Assembly: GCA_040390065.1 (NCBI GenBank)
Contig: JAZJZE010000001.1
Location: 337,102-401,101 of the forward strand
Source of the DNA: a bacterium
GTDB taxonomy: Archaea > Thermoplasmatota > E2 > JACPAO01 > JAHFTW01
DNA length: 64,000 bases
Direction of reading: 5' to 3'
Below, piece by piece: positions 1 through 8,792 of the stretch; within the stretch, counting starts at the first letter, position 1, and each line of letters opens with the position of its first letter. The position numbers were made by a program, and so were the translations under genes. The notes beneath the pieces were generated by a model. It had not been told where the DNA came from, searched no databases, and saw nothing but the letters and a program-made list of their open reading frames with translations.

Positions 1-44
1 TTGAGGTGCACGTCGAGGAGGTGGAACTTGCGCGCCTTGGGCAT
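1..44 (-). CDS. 5' end of an unidentified CDS running off the window edge
   Basis: Minus-strand ATG at 44..42 followed by open frame MPKARKFHLLDVHL to position 1. Only 14 codons are visible. Confidence 0.2.
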   Translation of the reverse strand, partial: MPKARKFHLLDVHL

Positions 45-51
45 GGCCCGG

Positions 52-2391
52 TCAAGCCCGTCCGGCGTTAGAGGCTTGCCGGCCCTTCGGGGGGCCTGGC
101 GCGGCCGCGAACAGCCACCAGCACGATGGCGACCAGCAGGCCAACCAGGACGAGGGCTGCGCCGCCCAGCACGACCCAGGCGGGGATGCCGGGCGCGGTG
201 GCTGCGGACGTCTCCGGCACGGCCGCCTCGGGGGGTTCATGTCAGATGCCTTGGGCGCGGTGGCTGACGGTGCCGCCGTCGGAGCGGCGACGGCCACCCA
301 GACGGTTTCGACCGCGACGCTGGTGTCCTGGCCGTTGCCGACCTCGAGGGCAAAGCGCAACTGCGTCGCCTGCGACGGAGCGTTGAACGACGGTGTGGCG
401 GAGCTTGCATCGTCCAGGACGACGGCCGGGCCTTCCCACTGGGTCCAGTGGTACGACGTGGCGCCGGTCGAAGCGCTGCCGTCCAGGGCGATGCGCGAGC
501 CGGCGTCGGCGTTCGCTTGGCCAACCACCTGGGCCTGCAGCCCGGAGGCGGTCGGCTGGACGGTGACGGCGACGCCGTCGCTGGCGCCGCGCGAGCCATC
601 CTCGATGGCGACTTCGAGGTAGAACGTCGTCGGTTCCGAGACCGTCGGCGCCTGGAACGTGACGACCGACGTGGTTGCGCCCTGCAAGGCCACGCTAGGG
701 CCCGACGTCTGCGCCCACCGGTATGTGACGCCAGACGCTGCGGTCTGCGCGTGCAGGCTGACCGTGCTGCCGGGGTTGACCATGCGGTCGCGGCCCGCGT
801 CGACGGTCAGCGGGGCCGGAGGCGGCGCGGTCGGCGGCAGGTTGCTGTCAGTTCCCTGCGAACCCGATCCAGACGACGAGCTTGAGGACGAGCCGCCTGC
901 CGAACCGCCGGACCCGCTTGAGCCGCCATTTCCGTTCGACGGATTCGGAGCTGCCACGTGGATCGTACGGCAGCCCTTCGTGCCGACGAGGCCGAGCCGG
1001 TCGTACGGGGTGAGGCACGCGGAGAAGGAGCCGGCATTGCCGTAGATGTGCAACGGCCTGGAGTCGTGCGACAACGCGCCGTCACCGAAGTTCCAGTCCC
1101 AGGCGGACATGACGTCCCCTTGGTCCGGGTCCGTCGAGGAGTCGACGAAGGTGACGGTCTGTCCGGCGACGCCGTCGATGGGGTCTGCGGCGAAGAGCCC
1201 GGTCGGAGGCCGGTCAGGTCCGACAGTGAGCTTGAACGGCGTCGATCCCGTGCAGCCCGCGTCGGAGGCCCTCATCTGCATCGGATAGATGCCTGCGGAC
1301 CCGAGGCCGTCCGTCCACTGGAACGCTCCGGTCGCCGGATTGATGGTCGCGCCCGACGGGATGGTGCCGCCGAGCGAGAACGTCATTGCGTCGTTCTCGA
1401 AGTCCGTGGCCGTGGCCGTGAACTGCAGGACTTGGCCTTCGTTGGCGGTGAAATCGCCCAGGGGCGTGACGACGGGACAGCAGTTGGGGTCGCCGATGGA
1501 GGTCCACGTCTGGGTTGCCGTGTCGGTCGCGCCGAGGCTGTCCGTGATGGTGAGGCTCACCGTCTTTGCGCCGGTTGCCGTGTACGTGTGGGTGGTCGTG
1601 GCGCCGCTTTGCGCCGGTGTCGCGTCGCCGAATGTCCAGGAGGAACTGGTGATGCCGGCCTGCGGGTCCGTCGACGTGCTCGTCGCCGTCACGGTCGAGT
1701 CCTGGCACGTGCCCGGCGAGGTCAAGGAGAAGGAGGCCATGGGGCCGCGCTGGGCGCATGACAGTTGCACGTTGTCGATGAGGACGCCCGCATTGTCGCT
1801 CGACGCCCCAGGCTCGGGGAGGTTCTGGAAACCGATGGCGTAGGTGCCTGCCGCGTTGACCTTGAAGGTCGGCGCAAGCGTCACGGTGCCCCACGCGGCT
1901 TGGTATGCGATGGGCGCCGTGGACGTTGCTGCCGGCAAGGGACGGGCGATGGAGGCGACCGGGATGATGTACGCGCGCAGGGTGTCGGTGGGTGAGAAGG
2001 CGCGCTGCGTCCCCGCCTCACTGAAGCTGAGGGTGAACTGGCCCGTCGGGAAGGTCATCGTGTGGTAGAAGAATCCGGCCTGGTTGCTGGAGCCGTCCAA
2101 GTCGACGAACTTGCCGGTCGTCGTCGCGGCGAAGGTCGCCCCTGGCGCAGTGAAGTCCGCATCCGCGGCCAGCGTGTAGAAGTCCACGGAGCCGCTGAAG
2201 ACCTGCCAGTTGAGCCACGAGGTCTTGCCAAGCTCCTTGGTCCCGCTTGCCGGTGTATCGCCTTCGAAGTTGTCGGAAAACGTCGAGAAGCCCATGCAGT
2301 CGCCACCGGCCTGCGCCGCGCTTTCCGTCACGGCAAGTCCCAATCCAAGCATGAGCATGGCCAAGCATACGCTGACCCAACGAGAAACCAC
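52..2391 (-). CDS. Secreted PKD-domain surface protein; C-terminal membrane anchor is out of frame
   Basis: GTG start and signal peptide (VVSRWVSVCLAMLMLGLGLAVTESAAQA). Two PKD-like modules (WTFGD..HTY, WNFGDG..HIY), a Ser/Gly linker, and two C-terminal repeats paralogous to those of 16650..20099. A TM helix plus basic tail is encoded in another frame at 68..241. Confidence 0.8.
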   Translation of the reverse strand: MVSRWVSVCLAMLMLGLGLAVTESAAQAGGDCMGFSTFSDNFEGDTPASGTKELGKTSWLNWQVFSGSVDFYTLAADADFTAPGATFAATTTGKFVDLDGSSNQAGFFYHTMTFPTGQFTLSFSEAGTQRAFSPTDTLRAYIIPVASIARPLPAATSTAPIAYQAAWGTVTLAPTFKVNAAGTYAIGFQNLPEPGASSDNAGVLIDNVQLSCAQRGPMASFSLTSPGTCQDSTVTATSTSTDPQAGITSSSWTFGDATPAQSGATTTHTYTATGAKTVSLTITDSLGATDTATQTWTSIGDPNCCPVVTPLGDFTANEGQVLQFTATATDFENDAMTFSLGGTIPSGATINPATGAFQWTDGLGSAGIYPMQMRASDAGCTGSTPFKLTVGPDRPPTGLFAADPIDGVAGQTVTFVDSSTDPDQGDVMSAWDWNFGDGALSHDSRPLHIYGNAGSFSACLTPYDRLGLVGTKGCRTIHVAAPNPSNGNGGSSGSGGSAGGSSSSSSSGSGSQGTDSNLPPTAPPPAPLTVDAGRDRMVNPGSTVSLHAQTAASGVTYRWAQTSGPSVALQGATTSVVTFQAPTVSEPTTFYLEVAIEDGSRGASDGVAVTVQPTASGLQAQVVGQANADAGSRIALDGSASTGATSYHWTQWEGPAVVLDDASSATPSFNAPSQATQLRFALEVGNGQDTSVAVETVWVAVAAPTAAPSATAPKASDMNPPRRPCRRRPQPPRPASPPGSCWAAQPSSWLACWSPSCWWLFAAAPGPPKGRQASNAGRA

Positions 2392-2524
2392 ATTTTTTCG
2401 ACACAGACGCAGTACTAGAGGTTTGGGTTGGTCGGTTGCCTCGTCGGTCTATGGATCGCCCGCCACTTCACCAAGGGCCGGCCAGCGGCGTGGCCGGGTC
2501 TGGCGGGGCGCCGTTGTTGCGAGT

Positions 2525-2998
2525 TCAGTTGTGGCCCTGCGTGCCGGGGCAAGCCCAAAGGACGTTCCAGCCGTATTGGTATAGGAGCAGTTCGCAGACC
2601 AGGAGCTGGCCATTCGACAGGCCGTTGGTCGTCCAGGTCACCGTTGCGTTGCGGTCGAAGGCCATGCTCGCCGGCCACTGCATGAACGACGCACAGTCCT
2701 GCGGCACTTGTTCCTGGCCGGCTTGGGCGAGGCAGCGGAGCGCGAGGCCCATGGTCGAGCAGGGGGTCGTGACGATAATCCAGCGGCCGTTCTGGGGATC
2801 GAAGACGCGGGCGTAGTGCTCGCCGCCCGAGCCCCCGGTCTGGACGAAATCGGCGCCGGGTGCAGGGTACGGTTGCTCCGCCGGCTGGGTGGTCACGCAC
2901 TTCGTGTCCGGTGAGCTGGGCGGTGGCGGTCCAGCCCAGGCGGGCGTGGCGGCGAGCAGGACGATGGCGAGGCTGGCGATTGCATACAGGCGTTTCAT
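2525..2998 (-). CDS. Small secreted Cys-containing protein, unknown function
   Basis: Internal ATG at 2998 gives MKRLYAIASLAIVLLAATPAWA signal peptide. 4-nt ATGA overlap with the upstream gene. The longer ORF-track N-terminus is Arg-rich junk. Confidence 0.6.
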   Translation of the reverse strand: MKRLYAIASLAIVLLAATPAWAGPPPPSSPDTKCVTTQPAEQPYPAPGADFVQTGGSGGEHYARVFDPQNGRWIIVTTPCSTMGLALRCLAQAGQEQVPQDCASFMQWPASMAFDRNATVTWTTNGLSNGQLLVCELLLYQYGWNVLWACPGTQGHN

Positions 2999-3765
2999 GC
3001 GTTTTCCTCCGAGACGAAGATCCAGTGATAATCGGCGTCGACCGAGTAAGCGGCCACGGGCGCCATTCCGGCGGGGGCGGCGGCAACGGTGTTGGGCAAG
3101 GTGCCTTGCAGGCTTCCCGCGAGGCTCACGTCGCCGACCCCTTCGCGCGTGCTGGAGTCGAATGCGCCTGCCAGCCCGAGGCCCTGCCCGTGCATGCGCC
3201 AGTCGGCGGACGCCGTGTTGTGGCGCGCAGTCACGCCGCCCAGTCGCAGGTCGAGACTGCCGCCTGCAGTGTCTTGCACGGACCAATGCGCGAGGGCGCT
3301 GTCGGCGCTGCGGTCGATGGTGGCTTGCTGGACGTTGAAGCCGAGCTCGCCCCAGCGGGCGGCCAGCAGCGCATTGTCGACGTAGCCTTCGAGCAGGAAC
3401 AGGTCGGGCGGTCGGCTAGCGTCTGGCGGCGCGACCACGGCGACGAAGGTCATGACGATCCGCACCGTTTCCAGCACGGTGGCGTTGTCGAGCGCCGCGG
3501 ATTTGCACTCGCCGAACCGGGTCGAGACCGGATACACGTTCTCGGTCGTCGGATCGTAGGAGCGCAAGGAGTAGCCGGGGGGCAGGCGGGAGCGCACCGC
3601 GGCCGCGTCGACGGAGTAGGCGGCGTCGATTGCGGTACATCCCTGCAACCAGAAGTCCGCGCCGCGGCCATGGCAGTCCTCGCAGGCCTGGGCCAGAGGC
3701 AGGCGGTCCGGGGGGGTTGCGCATCCGGCCAGGAGCAGGCAGGCAAGTGCCACGCCCAGTCTCAC
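2995..3765 (-). CDS. Lipoprotein, unknown function
   Basis: MRLGVALACLLLAGC lipobox-type signal. 4-nt overlaps with both neighbours suggest an operon with 3762..5384. Confidence 0.65.
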   Translation of the reverse strand: MRLGVALACLLLAGCATPPDRLPLAQACEDCHGRGADFWLQGCTAIDAAYSVDAAAVRSRLPPGYSLRSYDPTTENVYPVSTRFGECKSAALDNATVLETVRIVMTFVAVVAPPDASRPPDLFLLEGYVDNALLAARWGELGFNVQQATIDRSADSALAHWSVQDTAGGSLDLRLGGVTARHNTASADWRMHGQGLGLAGAFDSSTREGVGDVSLAGSLQGTLPNTVAAAPAGMAPVAAYSVDADYHWIFVSEENA

Positions 3766-5384
3766 GTCGAGGCCTCCGCCGTGGCCTCGCGGGTCGGGGG
3801 CGACAGGGTGGGGGCCGGAATGGCGGCGGGCGAGTCGACGGGCAAGGCCGCCATCCCGGCAGCCACGCGCCAGGCGACGGCACGGCCGTGTGCCACGCGC
3901 TCAAGCACGCCTTCCTCTTCCAGCAGCCGCGCGTGGTACAGGACCAGCGGATGCGACGTCACGGCCAGCCCCTGTTCCGTCCAGCTTTGGCGCAACCCTG
4001 CGTAGTCGATGGGCAGGGCGGATTGTCGCACGCCATTGTAGATGCGGGCCCGGATTGGATTGTGCAGGAGCGCCATGGCTTCGAGGTTGGCGGGCGGCGG
4101 ATGCGCTCCACCGGCGTGCAGGAGTTCGGTCATGCCATCGAGCCGGCCGCCGATGGCTTTGGCTCGTTGCAGGACGCGTACATGGAAACGGGTGGTGCTC
4201 TTGCTGAGTCCCAGGTGGCGAGCCATGTCGCCGATGGAGGAGCCTGGCCGGCGCGCGACCTCGCGCAGGATCTCGGCGCGGGCCGGATGCGTGGTGGCGT
4301 TGCGGCGGTGCGCCACGGCCAGTGCGACGAGGGCGGGGCCGCGCAGGATGAGGGCGCCAAGCCCAACGCCCGCCAGGAGCGTGGCGCCCGTGGCCAGCGC
4401 ACTGCGGGAACCGAAGGCTGCGGCGCCGCCGACGCCCAGGTACGTCACGTTGCCAGCAAGGCTCCAATGGGAGGCCGTCTGCTCGTACGAGGCAGCGATG
4501 TGGAGGTCGCCGATCGCCTGGAACATGGCGGTGTCGGCGTCGTAGGATTGCGGTCCGATGTCGACCGCGCCCGTGACGCCCGTGAGCGCCATGTCGCCAA
4601 CGGCGCGGCCGTCGAGGCTCGCGACACAGTGCCGCCAGGTGCCGGCAAATGCTGCATTGGCGGCGCCCGCTTTGGCAATCGCGACGACTTCGTGCCGCAC
4701 GAGGCCGGGGCCGTCGTGGTTGGTGCCGGTCGTGGCAGCACCGGAAGACCATGCCATGGTCCCGCCGTGCAGAAGGACGGTGAGGCCACCGGAGGCTGAT
4801 GGGATGGCCGACGGACCAAGATCGGCGATGCCGCAGGCCCCGGCCGGCGTCGTCGCGGTGGCGTCGGTGTCTGGCAGGTAGCGGCCCTCCGTGAAGCCGG
4901 GCAGCGTGAATGGTTCGAGGCGCTGGTCGCCTTGGGCCTGCAGGGCGCCGACGTAAGGCGCCGACGACAGGAACGGTACGACGAGAAGGGTCGCAGGCAC
5001 GGCCGGAGTACCCTGCGGGAAGAAAGACAGGTTGGGCGCGTCGCCCTCCGCAAGGACGGTTGGTGTCAGGGGTACACTTGTCGACGGCGTCGTCGTCTCC
5101 AAGTAGTCGAAGCGCACGACGCGATAGTGCCAAGCACCCGATGCATCTAGGGCTTTGAGGCCGTCCCCGGCGCCGAGGAGAAGGCTGGCGCGCAGATGGG
5201 CTTCGCCGGAAACCTTGCCGTGCAGGGTCCACGAACCCGTCGCCACGACTTGGCCCTCCAGGTGCCCCGAATCGGCTGCGGCGGGGACCGGGGCGGCCAT
5301 CAGGGCGACCACGGCGAGGCATGCCCCCACGACAGCGAATGCGCCGGTCCGACCGTGCACGAGCTTCCCACCAAATCGAGGCAT
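3762..5384 (-). CDS. Membrane-tethered transcription regulator: signal/TM, ~330-aa extracytoplasmic domain, TM, cytoplasmic double winged-helix (ArsR/TrmB-like)
   Basis: ATG start. N-terminal hydrophobic AFAVVGACLAVVALMAAPVPAAA, second TM ATGATLLAGVGLGALIL followed by HRRN. HTH-like SIGDMARHLGLSKSTTRFHVRVLQRAKAI and a second wHTH-like unit (LVLYHARLLEEEGVLERV). Confidence 0.7.
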   Translation of the reverse strand: MPRFGGKLVHGRTGAFAVVGACLAVVALMAAPVPAAADSGHLEGQVVATGSWTLHGKVSGEAHLRASLLLGAGDGLKALDASGAWHYRVVRFDYLETTTPSTSVPLTPTVLAEGDAPNLSFFPQGTPAVPATLLVVPFLSSAPYVGALQAQGDQRLEPFTLPGFTEGRYLPDTDATATTPAGACGIADLGPSAIPSASGGLTVLLHGGTMAWSSGAATTGTNHDGPGLVRHEVVAIAKAGAANAAFAGTWRHCVASLDGRAVGDMALTGVTGAVDIGPQSYDADTAMFQAIGDLHIAASYEQTASHWSLAGNVTYLGVGGAAAFGSRSALATGATLLAGVGLGALILRGPALVALAVAHRRNATTHPARAEILREVARRPGSSIGDMARHLGLSKSTTRFHVRVLQRAKAIGGRLDGMTELLHAGGAHPPPANLEAMALLHNPIRARIYNGVRQSALPIDYAGLRQSWTEQGLAVTSHPLVLYHARLLEEEGVLERVAHGRAVAWRVAAGMAALPVDSPAAIPAPTLSPPTREATAEAST

Positions 5385-5518
5385 TTATCACCTGTGGCGT
5401 ACGGTTGTTGAACTCGGCCTCTTTCGGCCCAACGTATCTAGACAATAGTGCCCGGATTGGGCCCGCCCTGCCGTGTTTCGCAGTAGCCGTTCCGTTTCGG
5501 GCTTGATGGCCGCGGCGC

Positions 5519-7453
5519 ATGCCACACTTCCCCGTGGGCCCCGCTTCCCGCTGCCCTTGCAGCTTCGGGCATGGACATGGTCCCGACAAACGTCAAGACC
5601 AGGGCCCGAATCGTCACCCTGTGGCTGTCCGCCTGGTGGTTGCATCCCTCGTCCTCTCGGCGGCCGTCGCGGGCGCTGCCCTTCCGGCCCCATCACCCTC
5701 GTTTGCCGGGGGGTCGGCGTACTCGCTGCACATCGTCTGCCCGACGTCGAGTGCCCTGCAGTTCAGCTCCTACTCGCGACCGACCTGTCCCGTCCGCATG
5801 GTGGATACGTCCGAGATGCTTGGCGACCCCGCCTTGGCCATCGACCCGATGGACGGCAACAACCTGGCCATGGCGATGATCCACGGTGCGGTCGACGGCG
5901 GCGGCCCCACGGTGCGCAGTCGCATCGGCCTGCCCTTTACGACGTTCACGTCCAACGACGCAGGTGCCACGTGGGACGACGCCTTTTACCAGTCGCCGCA
6001 GGACCTCGGCAACGCATACGGCGAGCATTCCGCTGCGGCCGTCGACCCGTACGGTCACGTCTACGTCGGTTCCACGTACGCGGTGGGCGAAAGGGGCGGC
6101 CCGTTCCGCTACACGATCGGCGCGCAGAAGTTCGACAGCGTCGAGCAGGTGCGGCAGAAGCAGACGGGTGCCGACGGCTCGTACAACCTCGTCTACGTCG
6201 ACCCGGTGTTCAAGGGCGGGAAGATCCGCCAGACGTGGTTCCTGTTCAACGCGGCCACGGACAACATGACCATGGTGTGGTTCGAGGACCGGGGCAACGC
6301 GCCGTCCGGGTCGGCCACGGTACCCGGCGACGCCCCGCAGGCGGATGCCGATTCCTTGGATGTCCTTCCCGGCTACGCAGCGCGTCGACTTGCGCCGCCG
6401 CCCCACTCGTCACCGCCAGCCAGCAGCGTGGCGCCGCGTGGAACGATCGGCATCGTGTGGACGGGCGTCGGTGACAACGACACGTATCGCCGCCAACCCG
6501 TCGAGTGGTCCATCGGGCCGTGCAGCGGTGCAACGAATCCGGTGCTCTTCGAAGGCTGGCTGTACGTCGGCTGCCAGGCCGACCCGAAGCAGGGGGCGTT
6601 CCCATGGCATCCGGAGACCCAGCCGGGCACGGTGGAGCTGTTTCGCATGGACCCCGACGGCGGCAAGCCCGTCTACATGGGGGCCAGTCCCATCGTTGGC
6701 GGCGCGCCAAAGCTGGGCGTGCGTTCGGATGGCCGGCTTGCCCTGTTGTCGGCCGGCGTCTCCTCGGCCAACGGCTTGGACCTCACTGGCGTCTTCGGGC
6801 ACTACTCCGACGGACGCATCGACTGGACTGGCGTGCACTCGTACTCGGACGGCGTCACTCCTCTGGCCCGCGATGAACGCATCCTGCGCGCCAACATCCA
6901 GGACGTCCTGTACCGCGAGTACTCGGGCGTCGTGCACCTCATCCTGCGCGAGACCATCGAACCGGTGGGCATCGACGCCGTGCAGAAATCCATCGGCCCC
7001 AAGATCCGCAAGTGCTTCGTCGCCTTGGACGAGGATGGCGTCCTGGCCGTGCACCGACTCGACATCGGCAACGTGCTCAACAAGACGGACCCGTTCCTGA
7101 ACTCGCAGCCCGAGATGGCCTACGAGGACTTGAGCGACGACATCGTGCAACTCCCCGCCGCGCCCTTCACGTACAACGGCAAGGACCTTGGCGACACGTA
7201 CCAGCGGGAATTCTTCGCCGTCGGCGACTACGGCGAGGCCATCTTCGCGGAGGTCGTGGAAGTGACCGACCTGCGCTTCGTCCCGCCCGTCCCCGTCATC
7301 GCGGCCGCCCCTGGCATCCCCGCAGCCGCCGCGTCCGGAACGAGCAGCGCGCTCGGAGCCGTCGTCGGCGTCACCACCGGGGCCCTGCTGTTGGCCATGA
7401 TCGCGGCGGGCCGAAAAACGGCGGTCGGCAGCATGGCGAAGATGCGCAAGTGA
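5519..7453 (+). CDS. BNR/Asp-box beta-propeller (sialidase-like fold) surface protein with C-terminal TM anchor
   Basis: Asp-box SNDAGATW. Signal-like VAVRLVVASLVLSAAVAGA (a GTG at 5621 is a plausible alternative start). C-terminal ALGAVVGVTTGALLLAMIAAGRK anchor. Confidence 0.7.
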   Translation: MPHFPVGPASRCPCSFGHGHGPDKRQDQGPNRHPVAVRLVVASLVLSAAVAGAALPAPSPSFAGGSAYSLHIVCPTSSALQFSSYSRPTCPVRMVDTSEMLGDPALAIDPMDGNNLAMAMIHGAVDGGGPTVRSRIGLPFTTFTSNDAGATWDDAFYQSPQDLGNAYGEHSAAAVDPYGHVYVGSTYAVGERGGPFRYTIGAQKFDSVEQVRQKQTGADGSYNLVYVDPVFKGGKIRQTWFLFNAATDNMTMVWFEDRGNAPSGSATVPGDAPQADADSLDVLPGYAARRLAPPPHSSPPASSVAPRGTIGIVWTGVGDNDTYRRQPVEWSIGPCSGATNPVLFEGWLYVGCQADPKQGAFPWHPETQPGTVELFRMDPDGGKPVYMGASPIVGGAPKLGVRSDGRLALLSAGVSSANGLDLTGVFGHYSDGRIDWTGVHSYSDGVTPLARDERILRANIQDVLYREYSGVVHLILRETIEPVGIDAVQKSIGPKIRKCFVALDEDGVLAVHRLDIGNVLNKTDPFLNSQPEMAYEDLSDDIVQLPAAPFTYNGKDLGDTYQREFFAVGDYGEAIFAEVVEVTDLRFVPPVPVIAAAPGIPAAAASGTSSALGAVVGVTTGALLLAMIAAGRKTAVGSMAKMRK

Positions 7454-7611
7454 GGGGCGTCGGAAGCCGCCGTGGCCATGCGGCGGCTGACGGGCCGCGA
7501 TGCAACGCAAAGACCATGCCATCGAGACATGCAATCGGTGGGCGCCGCCGGACACGCCCCGTGGCGCGAACGGTGAAACAACGCAATCCAGCAACGCCGT
7601 CGTCCAGGCGG

Positions 7612-8193
7612 CTAGTATCCAACAGCCCCGCCGCGGATCCTGGGCCGTGGTCCGACCGTGTCCTCGCGGGGCGGGCCGCGCCATGTTCGCCAATGGAGCG
7701 CCACGTCCGTCGGTGTGAAGGAAAGACTGACTGTCATGACGAGCGGCGTCTCTTGCGTCCGCTCCATCCAAGCGCGAATCCATTTGGCTTCTGCGACGTC
7801 CTGTTTCATGTGCATGAGGGCACGGCCCCGCCAAACCTTCCATTCGATGACGGCCAACGGAAAATGGGTTGGCGTCCAGCTCGTGCCGCCCGACTCCCAT
7901 GCGGTGCCATACGGTTCGGGCCAGATGACCAGGTCCTTCGCGATGGCGGCTTTCCGCTTGCCGTTCGTGGCGACGCCGTTGGGGATGCTGACCTCGATTC
8001 CGATCTGGCCGACGTCCTGCAGCGGGCTCCCGGCATGACCAACCTTGGGCAACAGGTGGCGGAAAACGAAGCGATTGACGGCCTCGCGTTCCCGCCCAAC
8101 CCATCCGTCGCCCGCGGCATCCGCCACGAATTCCTGGAGTGCCTCTATGATGACAGTCTGCAGGGTGCGGCAGGATTCGGGGTCGCCCGCCAT
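7612..8193 (-). CDS. Hypothetical protein with PD-(D/E)xK nuclease-like motif
   Basis: ATG at 8193 (MAGDPESCRTLQ..). Motif series IGIEVSI ... KDLVIW ... AVIEWKV resembles the E / D / ExK restriction-endonuclease fold. Lies next to the tRNA-Leu att-like repeats. Confidence 0.5.
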   Translation of the reverse strand: MAGDPESCRTLQTVIIEALQEFVADAAGDGWVGREREAVNRFVFRHLLPKVGHAGSPLQDVGQIGIEVSIPNGVATNGKRKAAIAKDLVIWPEPYGTAWESGGTSWTPTHFPLAVIEWKVWRGRALMHMKQDVAEAKWIRAWMERTQETPLVMTVSLSFTPTDVALHWRTWRGPPREDTVGPRPRIRGGAVGY

Positions 8194-8273
8194 GGGGGAA
8201 TGCCCGGGCGTGCTGCCAGCCACGCTCGGCCAAAGGGGAGCTCCACCATGAGGTTGACGCAACCTCGCGAGCC

Positions 8274-8631
8274 CGCAGCGTTCCTCGCCGCTTCGCGGCA
8301 TCGGCAAACCTGTCCTGGCACCTACGACGTGCTCGCTTCGCTCGCGGTCTCAGTGCACAGGACAGGATTTGGCGCTGCGGCCGCGCAGGCGCAGCCGCAG
8401 CGTTCCTCGCCGCTTCGCGGCATCGGCAAACCCTGCCCATGCACCTGTCTGTCGCCGGCGGGCGCTCGGCGCCGCCGATGCGACGCGACTTAGTGCACAG
8501 GACAGGATTTGGCGCTGCGGCCGCGCAGGCGCAGCCGCAGCGTTCCTCGCCGCTTCGCGGCATCGGCAAACCCTGCCCATGCACCTGTCTGTCGCCGGCG
8601 GGCGCTAGGCGCCGCCGATGCGACGCGACTT
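8274..8631. repeat. Tandem 140-bp repeat (2 full units plus a diverged partial unit), each unit ending in the 3' end of tRNA-Leu
   Basis: AGTGCACAGGACAGGATTT at 8352-8370, 8492-8510 and, in the real tRNA, 8632-8650. Units 8352-8491 and 8492-8631 are nearly identical by eye. Confidence 0.85.
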
Positions 8632-8633
8632 AG

Positions 8634-8715
8634 TGCACAGGACAGGATTTGAACCTGCGAACCACAAAGGAGAAGGCCCTGAACCTTCCGTCGTTGGCCA
8701 CTTGACTACCTGTGC
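8634..8715 (-). tRNA. tRNA-Leu (anticodon CAG), type II, no intron, no encoded CCA
   Basis: Manual cloverleaf: acceptor GCACAGG/CCTGTGC, D arm GTC..GAC, anticodon arm GAAGG-TTCAGGG-CCTTC, long variable arm, T arm GCAGG-TTCAAAT-CCTGT, discriminator A. Confidence 0.85.
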
Positions 8716-8792
8716 ATTTGGGGAAAAGGGCCAGCCCTTGCGGAGGGCTGCATCCGGCCGACTTCAGGTTGGCACTTGAGGGTTGCGCCCAG

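Noticed and set aside
6410-8584. Very long ORFs in the track on the strand opposite, or out of frame, to recognisable genes: 6410..8584 -, 17799..20531 -, 36712..39945 -, 41237..42574 -, 53786..55630 -, 53054..54058 +, 59178..60434 -.
   Set aside because: Their translations are Arg/Pro/Gly/Ala-rich low-complexity strings with no motifs. They overlap genes with clear homology-type motifs. Stop-poor alternative frames are expected in very GC-rich DNA.
8274-8631. The tandem arrays at 8274-8631 and 43842-44308 considered as CRISPR arrays.
   Set aside because: The periods are 140 and 208 bp, whole units are near-identical with no unique spacers, and the repeated core is tRNA sequence. There is no cas gene in the window.
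8757-8773. A plus-strand stem-loop GCCGA-CTTCAGG-TTGGC with a UCA (Sec/opal-suppressor-like) anticodon.
   Set aside because: There is no acceptor, D or T arm around it on the plus strand. It lies in the spacer between the two tRNA-Leu copies and is probably just one of the spacer hairpins.
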